This document shows positions 28,762-39,420 of a DNA stretch of 64,000 nt, one piece after another. The stretch is from an uncultured Rikenellaceae bacterium (GTDB lineage: Bacteria > Bacteroidota > Bacteroidia > Bacteroidales > VadinHA17). The stretch's first letter is position 1. Each line of letters begins with the position of its first letter. The stretch is taken from the NCBI GenBank assembly GCA_964514725.1, contig CAZEUL010000018.1, positions 1,211-65,210 on the forward strand, in the 5' to 3' direction. The notes beneath the pieces are model-generated. The model was not told the DNA's origin, ran no database searches, and saw nothing but the letters and a program-made list of their open reading frames with translations. The translations under genes and the position numbers were made by a program.

Positions 28762-31188
28762 ATGTATCATATTGTTGGCATTTTACTGACAATAACCCTG
28801 CTATATTCCCTAAGTTACTTTTTTTTCAGGAATAAAATATTCTCTCTTCAGTTCCACCGAAAACTATGGAACCTACTTCTGGCTGTGGCGTTTCTGATTA
28901 CTGCTACCGGCGGCCTGATTCTTGCACTTCAGATTACCTATAAGTTGAATATCCCGTTTATAAAATCTGTTCTTAAATGGCATGTCGAATTTGGTATTGG
29001 TCTTGCTGCTACCGGAATAATACATTTCCTGTGGCATCTTTCGTATTTCAGGGGCATTTTCAAGTCTCATGAATCTTTAATAAGTTTCCCGGACAAATTT
29101 CCTACAAGGAACAGAGAAGAGATTAGAATCAATCTTTTCATCGTGGGTTTTGTAAGTACTGGGGTGCAGCTTCTGTTGCTCAGGGAAATGATTAATATTG
29201 CAGGGGGCTACGAATTGGTATCAGGCACATTTCTGGGTTCATGGCTTATCGGATCTGCAGCAGGAGCATTTATGGCATCAAAGTCAAATCTTGATGACCC
29301 TGGAAAAATAAACCTGATGTTCTTCACAGGGCCAGCTATTACGATTTTTCTCATGCTTCTCTTATCCCGGCTTTTTCTAAAATCGGGTGAAACACCATCT
29401 TTTCTGGCCAGTGTCATTTTCACATTGATAGTTCTTTTACCTTTTTGTTTCATTTCAGGTTTTACCTTCATAAAACTTTTAATTGAAACCGGATCTGATA
29501 ATGGCCCGGGTGCAGGTATATCATTTTCGGTTGAGACTACCGGAGGCATAATTGCAGGTATTGTAATTTCTAGTCTGAGTACTATAAGGTTAAATACTTA
29601 CCAGGCTCTGATTCTTATAATTATTCTGGGCATTTCATATCTTGTTTTGTCTTTTTACAGTTTAAAAAGACCTATTACCATTATATTTAAGATCATTATC
29701 CTGGCAGTTTCATTTTCTGTAATTGTAAGTTCTCCCGACAGACTATTCAGACAATTCTTGCTCAGGGGAATTAAAATCATCCAATCAAAAGACACACCAT
29801 ACGGGAACATTACTGAGGGAGAGTACAACGGAGAAAAAAGTACATTCTATGATCACAGGTTAATTTTTTATCATGAAGATGTCATCGAACGCGAAGAAGA
29901 TATTCATTATGCAATGCTTCAGACTTCAAATGTTGAAAGAGTTCTGCTGATATCAGGATCGCTTGGTGCTCACTTCCGTGAATTACTTAAATATCCGGTA
30001 AAAGAAGTGCAATTTGTTGAACGGGATCCTTCTCTTATAAGAGCCGAGGGGGTATCTGATACTACAGGAAAGATAAATCTGGTAATTGAAAATACTGATG
30101 CTTATAACTACATAAAAAGAACTGATGAAAAATTCGATGCAGTAATTCTATTGTTACCTCCACCTTCATCGCTTCTTTTAAACAGATATTACACCTTGGA
30201 ATTTTTTCGTCAAGTTAAAAAGGTGCTGAAGCCAGGGGCTGTCTTTTCATGTTCACCAGGCATTAACCCAGACTATCTTAATGATGAGGCCGCGACCTTT
30301 TTCTCATCTGTTTACAACAGTCTTAGTACAGTGTTCAACAATGTGATTCCGATAAGCGGGAACAAATTGTATCTGATTGCATCTGATAAGAGAATCTCAA
30401 CTTCTATATGCGACCTTGTCGAGAAGAAACAAATCCGTAATACCTACGTAGGTCCAGGTTATCTATCTGATGATCTGATAACTGTTAAATCAAAAGAGAT
30501 TTTATCTGTGATTGACAAAAATATAAGGCCCAACAGGATTCTTACACCTGTTGCGGCATTTTACTATCAGATTTACAGCCTCAGCAAAAGCCAGAATCAA
30601 CGAATACCAACAATCTTCTTCCTGGTGCTTTTTTTCATTTTTCCAATTCTATATGTAAATAGAAAAAACCTTCTGATGTATTTTAGTTCTTCAGCTCTTG
30701 CGGGCTATGAGATCATTCTACTGCTTGTTCTACAATCGGCTGTAGGGAATATGTATCAGCTTACAGGTATGATAATTGCTGGATTAATGGCAGGATTGGC
30801 AGTCGGGTCAGGCATGAATATAAGATTCTTTGAAAATCACTCTTTCAGGCTTAAAGCCTTGTTACTTATTATTTATTACTGTTTAATGTATTTATTTGCA
30901 GGCAGTATAATATCTTCAGGTGATAAATTCATGGTAACAGCATCTTTGATTATTTCCGGTTTTATACCGGCAATGATAACAGGAAATATTTTCAGGGAAT
31001 TTACTGCCGTTAATAGCTTGTCGAAGGAATCTTCGGCTGTTTACGGTGCAGATCTGTTGGGATCGGCACTCGGATGCTTAGCTTTTTCAGGTCTGATTGT
31101 GCCTTTCTTGGGTATAAAACCATCGCTAATTGTTTTCCCATTGCTGGTTCTAGCAGGATACCTTTTTGCAATAATGGCAAGAAAATGA
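28762..31188 (+). CDS. Polytopic membrane protein: His-containing N-terminal TM module + membrane spermidine-synthase-like unit
   Basis: N-terminal WHVEFG...IHFLWH helix, TM block, soluble DTPYGNI...VLLISG...VERDP...DAYNY...FDAVILLLP...YYTLEFF domain, C-terminal TM block with YGADLLGSALG. Confidence 0.82.
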   Translation: MYHIVGILLTITLLYSLSYFFFRNKIFSLQFHRKLWNLLLAVAFLITATGGLILALQITYKLNIPFIKSVLKWHVEFGIGLAATGIIHFLWHLSYFRGIFKSHESLISFPDKFPTRNREEIRINLFIVGFVSTGVQLLLLREMINIAGGYELVSGTFLGSWLIGSAAGAFMASKSNLDDPGKINLMFFTGPAITIFLMLLLSRLFLKSGETPSFLASVIFTLIVLLPFCFISGFTFIKLLIETGSDNGPGAGISFSVETTGGIIAGIVISSLSTIRLNTYQALILIIILGISYLVLSFYSLKRPITIIFKIIILAVSFSVIVSSPDRLFRQFLLRGIKIIQSKDTPYGNITEGEYNGEKSTFYDHRLIFYHEDVIEREEDIHYAMLQTSNVERVLLISGSLGAHFRELLKYPVKEVQFVERDPSLIRAEGVSDTTGKINLVIENTDAYNYIKRTDEKFDAVILLLPPPSSLLLNRYYTLEFFRQVKKVLKPGAVFSCSPGINPDYLNDEAATFFSSVYNSLSTVFNNVIPISGNKLYLIASDKRISTSICDLVEKKQIRNTYVGPGYLSDDLITVKSKEILSVIDKNIRPNRILTPVAAFYYQIYSLSKSQNQRIPTIFFLVLFFIFPILYVNRKNLLMYFSSSALAGYEIILLLVLQSAVGNMYQLTGMIIAGLMAGLAVGSGMNIRFFENHSFRLKALLLIIYYCLMYLFAGSIISSGDKFMVTASLIISGFIPAMITGNIFREFTAVNSLSKESSAVYGADLLGSALGCLAFSGLIVPFLGIKPSLIVFPLLVLAGYLFAIMARK

Positions 31189-31199
31189 TAGCATTTTGG

Positions 31200-31207
31200 T
31201 AAATTTG
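31200..31207 (+). promoter_or_regulatory. Internal -7 box (TAAATTTG) upstream of amrS
   Basis: Exact TAnnTTTG in the 42-nt gap before amrS. Confidence 0.5.
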
Positions 31208-31230
31208 CTGATTGCGATAAAAACAAAAAA

Positions 31231-32367
31231 ATGAAGTATAAGGATAATCAAATGACTAAAAGGGAATTTATCAGAAAGTGTGCAGTCTTTTCGACTGGAT
31301 TGTTCTGTATTCCTTGCAGCAGGGGGTTTTCAGAGACTTCCGGCAGTGCGGAAGGAATTTACATGAGGGAGGCAATGTTCCAGGAAGTTACGGCAAGAGG
31401 AATCATGTGCAGGATCTGCCCAAATGAGTGTGTTCTTAAAGAAGGAGAGGTTAGCAAATGTAATAACAGAAAAGTCAGAAAATCAAAGTTATATACAATG
31501 GCTTACGGAAATCCCTGTTCGGTAAACGTTGACCCGATGGAAAAAAAGCCACTATATCACTTTTTGCCTGGCACAAAAGCATTTTCAATAGCAACGGCGG
31601 GATGCAATCTTGTCTGCCTCAACTGTCAGAATTGGACGATTTCCCAAACTTCGCCTGATAAGACAAGGAATTATGACCTTATGCCTGAAAAAGTTGTCGA
31701 AGAATGTATCAACAAAGGCTGCAGTACGATAGCTTATACATATTCAGAACCTATGACATTTTATGAATATGTTTATGAAACGGCTGCAATTGCAAGAAAA
31801 GCAGGAATTAAGAATATCGTAAAGTCCAATGGATATATTTACCCGGATCCGCTCAAAAAGCTTTGCAGTGTGATAGATGCAGCAAATATTGATTTAAAAG
31901 CTTTCGATGAAAGTACATATCTTAAATTATCAGGAGGAAAGCTTCAACCGGTACTTGATTCATTAAAAGTATATAAAGAGATGGGTATATGGCTGGAAAT
32001 CACGAATTTGATTGTTCCAACCTGGACTGACGATCTTGCTGAGATAAGGAAAATGTGCAAGTGGCTTAATGATAACGGATTCAATAAAGTTCCAATTCAT
32101 TTCAGCAGGTTTTTTCCAGTTTATAAGCTTGAACAACTGCCTCCGACTCCTATTGATACTCTCAAAAAAGCTGCGCAGATTGCTTTGGAAGAAGGCATCC
32201 AATATGTTTACACAGGTAATGCACCTGGTAATGAAATCTCGGATACGCGATGTCCTACATGTAAGACCGACCTTATAACCAGGGTAGGTTTTAAAGTCAC
32301 ATCTAATACACTTAAGAACGGAAGGTGCAGCAAATGCGGCCGTATTATTGAAGGTGTGTGGGCATAA
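31231..32367 (+). CDS. amrS: AmmeMemoRadiSam radical SAM enzyme with Tat-like leader
   Basis: CNLVCLNCQNW (CxxxCxxC), DPMEKKPLYHFLPG, AYTYSEP, NIDLKAF and HFSRFFP motifs. Leader MTKREFIRKCAVFSTGLFC starts at the Met at 31252. Confidence 0.94.
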   Translation: MKYKDNQMTKREFIRKCAVFSTGLFCIPCSRGFSETSGSAEGIYMREAMFQEVTARGIMCRICPNECVLKEGEVSKCNNRKVRKSKLYTMAYGNPCSVNVDPMEKKPLYHFLPGTKAFSIATAGCNLVCLNCQNWTISQTSPDKTRNYDLMPEKVVEECINKGCSTIAYTYSEPMTFYEYVYETAAIARKAGIKNIVKSNGYIYPDPLKKLCSVIDAANIDLKAFDESTYLKLSGGKLQPVLDSLKVYKEMGIWLEITNLIVPTWTDDLAEIRKMCKWLNDNGFNKVPIHFSRFFPVYKLEQLPPTPIDTLKKAAQIALEEGIQYVYTGNAPGNEISDTRCPTCKTDLITRVGFKVTSNTLKNGRCSKCGRIIEGVWA

Positions 32368-32388
32368 AATCAATTGCGCACGATATAA

Positions 32389-34419
<2,031 letters not shown>

Positions 34420-34453
34420 TAGCCGTGATTTAATTATATTAATAAAAAACTGT

Positions 34454-34461
34454 TAGGTTTG
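34454..34461 (+). promoter_or_regulatory. -7 box (TAGGTTTG) only 4 nt before the start codon at 34466
   Basis: Exact TAnnTTTG followed by CACC-ATG. Confidence 0.55.
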
Positions 34462-34465
34462 CACC

Positions 34466-35035
34466 ATGGAATTGTTCAGGAATTTACGGTTAAAGACCGG
34501 CAAATCTATTCTTGCGGGCAAATCGTCAAGGAAAAGAAGAAAACCATCATATACCAATTTTAAGAGCATAAAGAACATGGGATTGGTATGGGATGCTTCA
34601 AAACCTGAGGAGTTTTTGCTTTTGTCCCGGTTTCATCAGAAAATGGCCGACATGAATATAGATCTGACTATATTCGGATACTTTCCTGGTAAGGTTCTAC
34701 CCGATCAGTTCACTGCAATAAGATATCTTACATGCCTGAAAAAAAATGAGCTTGATTTTTTCTATAGACCCAAATCCCATGAGGCTTCAAAATTTATGGA
34801 AAAACATTTTGACGTGTTAATAGATGCTAATTTTCAGAAAGTTCTTCCACTTGTCTATATAACAACACTTTCTCATGCAGGATTAAAAGTCGGATTAGGT
34901 GATAATGAACCGGAAAAATCACCATTTGATCTGTTAATATCTCCAAATAAGCCCATTAGTCTTGAGAGTTATCTCGAACAGGTTATTATTTACCTTGACA
35001 TGATAAATTCAGATTCAACGAAAAAAGCTGTTTAG
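34466..35035 (+). CDS. Conserved Bacteroidota hypothetical protein (DUF6913-like)
   Basis: 189-aa ORF between ligA and dapA. The FDVLID...KVG segment resembles this family from memory. Confidence 0.7.
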   Translation: MELFRNLRLKTGKSILAGKSSRKRRKPSYTNFKSIKNMGLVWDASKPEEFLLLSRFHQKMADMNIDLTIFGYFPGKVLPDQFTAIRYLTCLKKNELDFFYRPKSHEASKFMEKHFDVLIDANFQKVLPLVYITTLSHAGLKVGLGDNEPEKSPFDLLISPNKPISLESYLEQVIIYLDMINSDSTKKAV

Positions 35036-35044
35036 CAGAAAAAA

Positions 35045-35929
35045 ATGAAAAAATTCAAAGGAACCGGCGTAGCAATAATTACGCCATTTAAGAATGACTT
35101 CAGCATAGATTTTGCAGCATTGAAAAGGATTACAGAGCATGTGATCAATGGTGGAATCAATTATATTGTGGTAATGGGTACCACTGGAGAAGCCTCGACA
35201 CTTACAAAAGATGAAAAGAAGGCAGTACTTTCGTATATAATTGAAGTGACAGATAAAAGAGTTCCCATCGTAGCAGGATTTGGCGGCAATAACACTCAGG
35301 AAGTTGTGAACAATATCAGATACGCTGACCTGAAAGATGTCGATGCTATCCTTTCAGTTGTCCCTTACTATAATAAACCAACCCAGAGAGGGATTTTCCA
35401 GCATTTCAAAACTATATCTACCTGTAGTCCAATACCTGTAATTTTATACAATATCCCCGGAAGGACCAGCTGCAATATGACTGCAGAAACTTGTCTTGAA
35501 CTTGCACATGAATGTGAAAACATTATAGGTATCAAGGAATCTTCAGGTGACATTAGCCAGGTTATTAAAATAATAAAAGGGAAGCCAGATAATTTTGTTC
35601 TTATATCTGGCGATGATATGCTTTCATTGCCTGTTATTTCTCTTGGTGGAGCAGGTGTAATATCAGTGCTTGCAAATGCATTTCCTGTTCAATGCAGTGA
35701 AATGATCGGGAATGCTCTTAAGAACAACTTTAAGGCAGCCAGGGAGATCCAGTTTAAATTCAATGAGTTAACCGAACTTTTATTTACTGACGGGAACCCC
35801 TCGGGTATAAAAGCAATCATGAATAGTTTAAATCTTTGTCAGAATACTCTAAGACTGCCTCTTGTTCCTGTAACCAAGATCACCATGTCAAAAATTCAGA
35901 AAGCAATAGAAGAAATAAACAAGAAGTGA
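35045..35929 (+). CDS. dapA: 4-hydroxy-tetrahydrodipicolinate synthase
   Basis: AIITPF, GTTGEA, VVPYYNKP, LYNIPGRT, IGIKESSG and GVISV motifs. Confidence 0.97.
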   Translation: MKKFKGTGVAIITPFKNDFSIDFAALKRITEHVINGGINYIVVMGTTGEASTLTKDEKKAVLSYIIEVTDKRVPIVAGFGGNNTQEVVNNIRYADLKDVDAILSVVPYYNKPTQRGIFQHFKTISTCSPIPVILYNIPGRTSCNMTAETCLELAHECENIIGIKESSGDISQVIKIIKGKPDNFVLISGDDMLSLPVISLGGAGVISVLANAFPVQCSEMIGNALKNNFKAAREIQFKFNELTELLFTDGNPSGIKAIMNSLNLCQNTLRLPLVPVTKITMSKIQKAIEEINKK

Positions 35930-38900
35930 TCATCTGCCTGCTCTAATATCCGGACTAGCAGATTGCGGCATTCCATGACATTGTTTATATTTTTTACCAC
36001 TCCCGCAGGGGCAGGGGTCATTTCTTCCAACCTTTTTTTCAACTCTTACCGGTTCTGCTTTCTGGTTTTTATCCGGCCCACCTCCTCCCGTGCTGCTGTA
36101 TTGAGAGAAGTCGCTCTTGGATGCGCGGTACTTGCTCATGTCGACCTGACGGCGACGCTGAGCCTCTTTTACCTGCTCAGGATCCTGAATCGGAATATGT
36201 CCTTTCATAAGCGTACTCACTACATCCTTATTTACCTTTGTGATCATTGTCTTGAACAGCTCAAATGATTCAAACTTATAAATAAGAAGAGGATCTTTTT
36301 GTTCATATGTTGCATTCTGAACAGACTGCTTAAGTTCATCCATTTCTCGAAGGTGTTCCTTCCACGCCTCATCAATTGTTGCAAGAACAACTGTTTTTTC
36401 GTAAGCTTTAGCCAGTTCTTTACCTTCAGATTCTGCAGTCGCCTTTAGGTTGGTTATCACCTGAAATACTCTGACTCCGTCGGAGATTGGGACAACTACA
36501 TTCTCATAGGCATGAGACATTCTTTCATATACATCTTTTAGTACCGGATAAGCCTGCTGTGAAATCATATCAACCTTTCGTTTGTAAGTATCGAGCACTT
36601 TTAAATACACTTTTTCAGTAATTTGCTCGGGGCTACTTTTCATAAACTCCTCTTCACTAACAGGGGAATCCATTGAGAATGATCGAATCAGGTCAAAATC
36701 AAAATTTTCAAAATCCCCATTTTTATGGTATGTATCAACGAGGTTCTCAGTTACGTCATACATCATATTTGCCACATCGACAGATAACCTTTCTCCTAGC
36801 AGAGCATGACGTCTCTTTTTATAGATTACTTCTCGCTGTGAATTCATCACATCATCATATTCAAGAAGTCTCTTCCTTATTCCAAAGTTGTTTTCTTCGA
36901 CTTTTTTCTGCGCTCTCTCTATTGATTTTGTGATCATGGGGTGCTGGATCATTTCTCCGTCTTTTAATCCCAGTTTATCCATGATACCTGCTATTCGTTC
37001 TGATCCGAACAATCTCATCAGTTCATCCTCGAGTGATACGAAGAATTGAGATGAGCCAGGGTCTCCCTGTCTTCCGGATCGACCTCGTAACTGCCTGTCA
37101 ACCCGTCTTGATTCATGGCGTTCAGTTCCAATTATTGCCAGTCCACCAGCCTCACGCACTTCAGGGGTAAGTTTAATATCTGTTCCCCTTCCAGCCATAT
37201 TGGTTGCAATTGTAATCGTACCGGATCTGCCTGCTTCGGCAACTATTTCAGCTTCTCTCTGATGAAGTTTGGCATTTAAAACATTATGCCTGAGACCCTT
37301 CATTTTGAGCATCCTGCTTAAAAGTTCAGATATTTCAACCGAGGTGGTCCCCACAAGAACAGGACGACCTTGTTTGTTCAGCCTTACAATCTCATCTATT
37401 ACAGCATTGTACTTCTCCCTTTTGGTTTTGTAGACAAGATCTTCCCGGTCAATTCTGATTACAGGACGATTAGTCGGAATGACAACCACGTCAAGTTTGT
37501 AAATATTCCAGAATTCACCTGCTTCAGTTTCAGCAGTTCCGGTCATTCCAGCAAGTTTGTGATACATTCTGAAGTAGTTCTGAAGTGTAATAGTTGCATA
37601 GGTCTGTGTGGCCTCTTCTACTTTTACATTTTCCTTGGCTTCAATTGCTTGATGGAGTCCGTCAGAGTACCGACGGCCTTCAAGGATACGACCAGTCTGC
37701 TCGTCAACAATCTTGACTTTGTTATCGATTACAACATACTCCACATCCCGGTCGAACAATGTCCATGCTTTAAGCAATTGTGTCATTGTATGAACTCTTT
37801 CAGATTTAACTGCATAGTCCTGAAGTAATTCATCTTTCTTCTTAAGTTTTTCCCTATCACTCAATCCTGTCTTTTCAAGATCTGCAATTTTGGAACCCAC
37901 ATCCGGCAGAACAAAAAAGCTCGCATCTTCAACAGAGGTTGATATCAGATCAAGGCCTTTCTCAGTAAGTTCAATAGAATTAGCTTTTTCATCAATGATG
38001 AAATAAAGCTCTTCCGTGACCTTAGGCATATCCTTGCTGTTATTCTGCATATAGAAATTCTCTGTTTTCTGCAAAAGTGTTTTATTTCCTTCTTCACTAA
38101 GAAATTTTATAAGGGCATTATTCTTTGGCAAGCCTTTAAAAGCTCTAAGCAGCAATTTACCTCCCTCTTCATATTTTTCTTCAGAAATCAGTCTTTTAGC
38201 ATCAGCCAGAATTTGGGTAACGAGTTTCTTTTGGGCATTAACAAGTTTTTCAACTTTTGGTTTAAGCTCATCGAACTGTTGGGTGTCGCTTTTTGCTGTT
38301 GGTCCTGAAATAATAAGTGGTGTCCGTGCGTCATCAATAAGGACTGAATCGACTTCATCAACAATTGCATAATGGTGTTTCCTCTGAACAAGGTCTTCAG
38401 GATTGATTGCCATGTTGTCTCTTAAATAATCAAAGCCGAATTCGTTGTTTGTACCAAATGTTATATCGGCATGATATGCTCTTCGTCTGTCGGCAGAATT
38501 AGGCTGGTGTTTATCGATACAATCAACTGTGAGACCATGAAACTCATAGATGGGCCCCATCCATTCTGAGTCGCGTTTTGAGAGATAATCATTCACAGTT
38601 ACAATATGTACTCCTCGACCTGCAAGGGCATTGAGAAATACCGGAAGAGTTGCAACAACAGTCTTCCCTTCACCAGTGGCCATTTCGGCTATTTTTCCCT
38701 GATGAAGTGCAACTCCACCAATTAGCTGGACATCATAATGAACCATGTCCCAGACTATTTCATTACCTCCAGCCATCCACCTGTTTTTCCAGAAAGCTTT
38801 ATCTCCTTTAATTGTAATACTTTCCCTTACTGCTGCCAGATCTCTGTCATATTGCCTTGCTGTTACTTCAAGGATTTCATTTTCCTTAAATCGCCTGGCT

Positions 38901-39256
38901 GTTTCTTTAACAATTGCAAATGCAGGAGGAATAAGCTGGTCGAGTTTTTTCTCCAATTTTTCATTTATTGTTTTTTCAATTTTGTCAATCTCACTATAAA
39001 ATTCTTCCTTACGGTAAACATCATCTTCAGCTTCAGCCTTTTCCTTCAGTGATCTGATTTCGTTCTCATCAGCCTCAATTTCTTTTTCTATTTCCTTCTT
39101 AAGCATTGTTGTCTTATCTCTGAGCTGATCATTGGTCAATGCTGACAAAGCTTCAAATTCTTTGTTTATCTTTTCTATGTAGGGGCTGATCTCTTTCATA
39201 TCCCGCTCATACTTATTTCCCAGAAAAAGACCGAGAACCTTGGTTATTACGCTCAT
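35930..39256 (-). CDS. secA: Preprotein translocase ATPase SecA (Bacteroidota long form)
   Basis: [37 protein letters not shown] and [12 protein letters not shown] motifs, SEC-C motif [14 protein letters not shown]. Confidence 0.98.
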   Translation of the reverse strand: MSVITKVLGLFLGNKYERDMKEISPYIEKINKEFEALSALTNDQLRDKTTMLKKEIEKEIEADENEIRSLKEKAEAEDDVYRKEEFYSEIDKIEKTINEKLEKKLDQLIPPAFAIVKETARRFKENEILEVTARQYDRDLAAVRESITIKGDKAFWKNRWMAGGNEIVWDMVHYDVQLIGGVALHQGKIAEMATGEGKTVVATLPVFLNALAGRGVHIVTVNDYLSKRDSEWMGPIYEFHGLTVDCIDKHQPNSADRRRAYHADITFGTNNEFGFDYLRDNMAINPEDLVQRKHHYAIVDEVDSVLIDDARTPLIISGPTAKSDTQQFDELKPKVEKLVNAQKKLVTQILADAKRLISEEKYEEGGKLLLRAFKGLPKNNALIKFLSEEGNKTLLQKTENFYMQNNSKDMPKVTEELYFIIDEKANSIELTEKGLDLISTSVEDASFFVLPDVGSKIADLEKTGLSDREKLKKKDELLQDYAVKSERVHTMTQLLKAWTLFDRDVEYVVIDNKVKIVDEQTGRILEGRRYSDGLHQAIEAKENVKVEEATQTYATITLQNYFRMYHKLAGMTGTAETEAGEFWNIYKLDVVVIPTNRPVIRIDREDLVYKTKREKYNAVIDEIVRLNKQGRPVLVGTTSVEISELLSRMLKMKGLRHNVLNAKLHQREAEIVAEAGRSGTITIATNMAGRGTDIKLTPEVREAGGLAIIGTERHESRRVDRQLRGRSGRQGDPGSSQFFVSLEDELMRLFGSERIAGIMDKLGLKDGEMIQHPMITKSIERAQKKVEENNFGIRKRLLEYDDVMNSQREVIYKKRRHALLGERLSVDVANMMYDVTENLVDTYHKNGDFENFDFDLIRSFSMDSPVSEEEFMKSSPEQITEKVYLKVLDTYKRKVDMISQQAYPVLKDVYERMSHAYENVVVPISDGVRVFQVITNLKATAESEGKELAKAYEKTVVLATIDEAWKEHLREMDELKQSVQNATYEQKDPLLIYKFESFELFKTMITKVNKDVVSTLMKGHIPIQDPEQVKEAQRRRQVDMSKYRASKSDFSQYSSTGGGGPDKNQKAEPVRVEKKVGRNDPCPCGSGKKYKQCHGMPQSASPDIRAGR

Positions 39257-39290
39257 TTTTAATTGTTTTACACGTTTAAGAAGTTTTTCG

Positions 39291-39298
39291 CAAAATTA
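39291..39298 (-). promoter_or_regulatory. -7 box (TAATTTTG) for secA
   Basis: CAAAATTA on the + strand. Confidence 0.6.
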
Positions 39299-39420
39299 GC
39301 TAATTTAAAAATAGGAGTAGTTAAAATTCTTTATTTAATATTTAAGCCAACGGCAAAGTGAAAATAGATCAGATGTTCTGGGAATCACAGACAGAAATTC
39401 TTATTTCATAAATTTATGAA

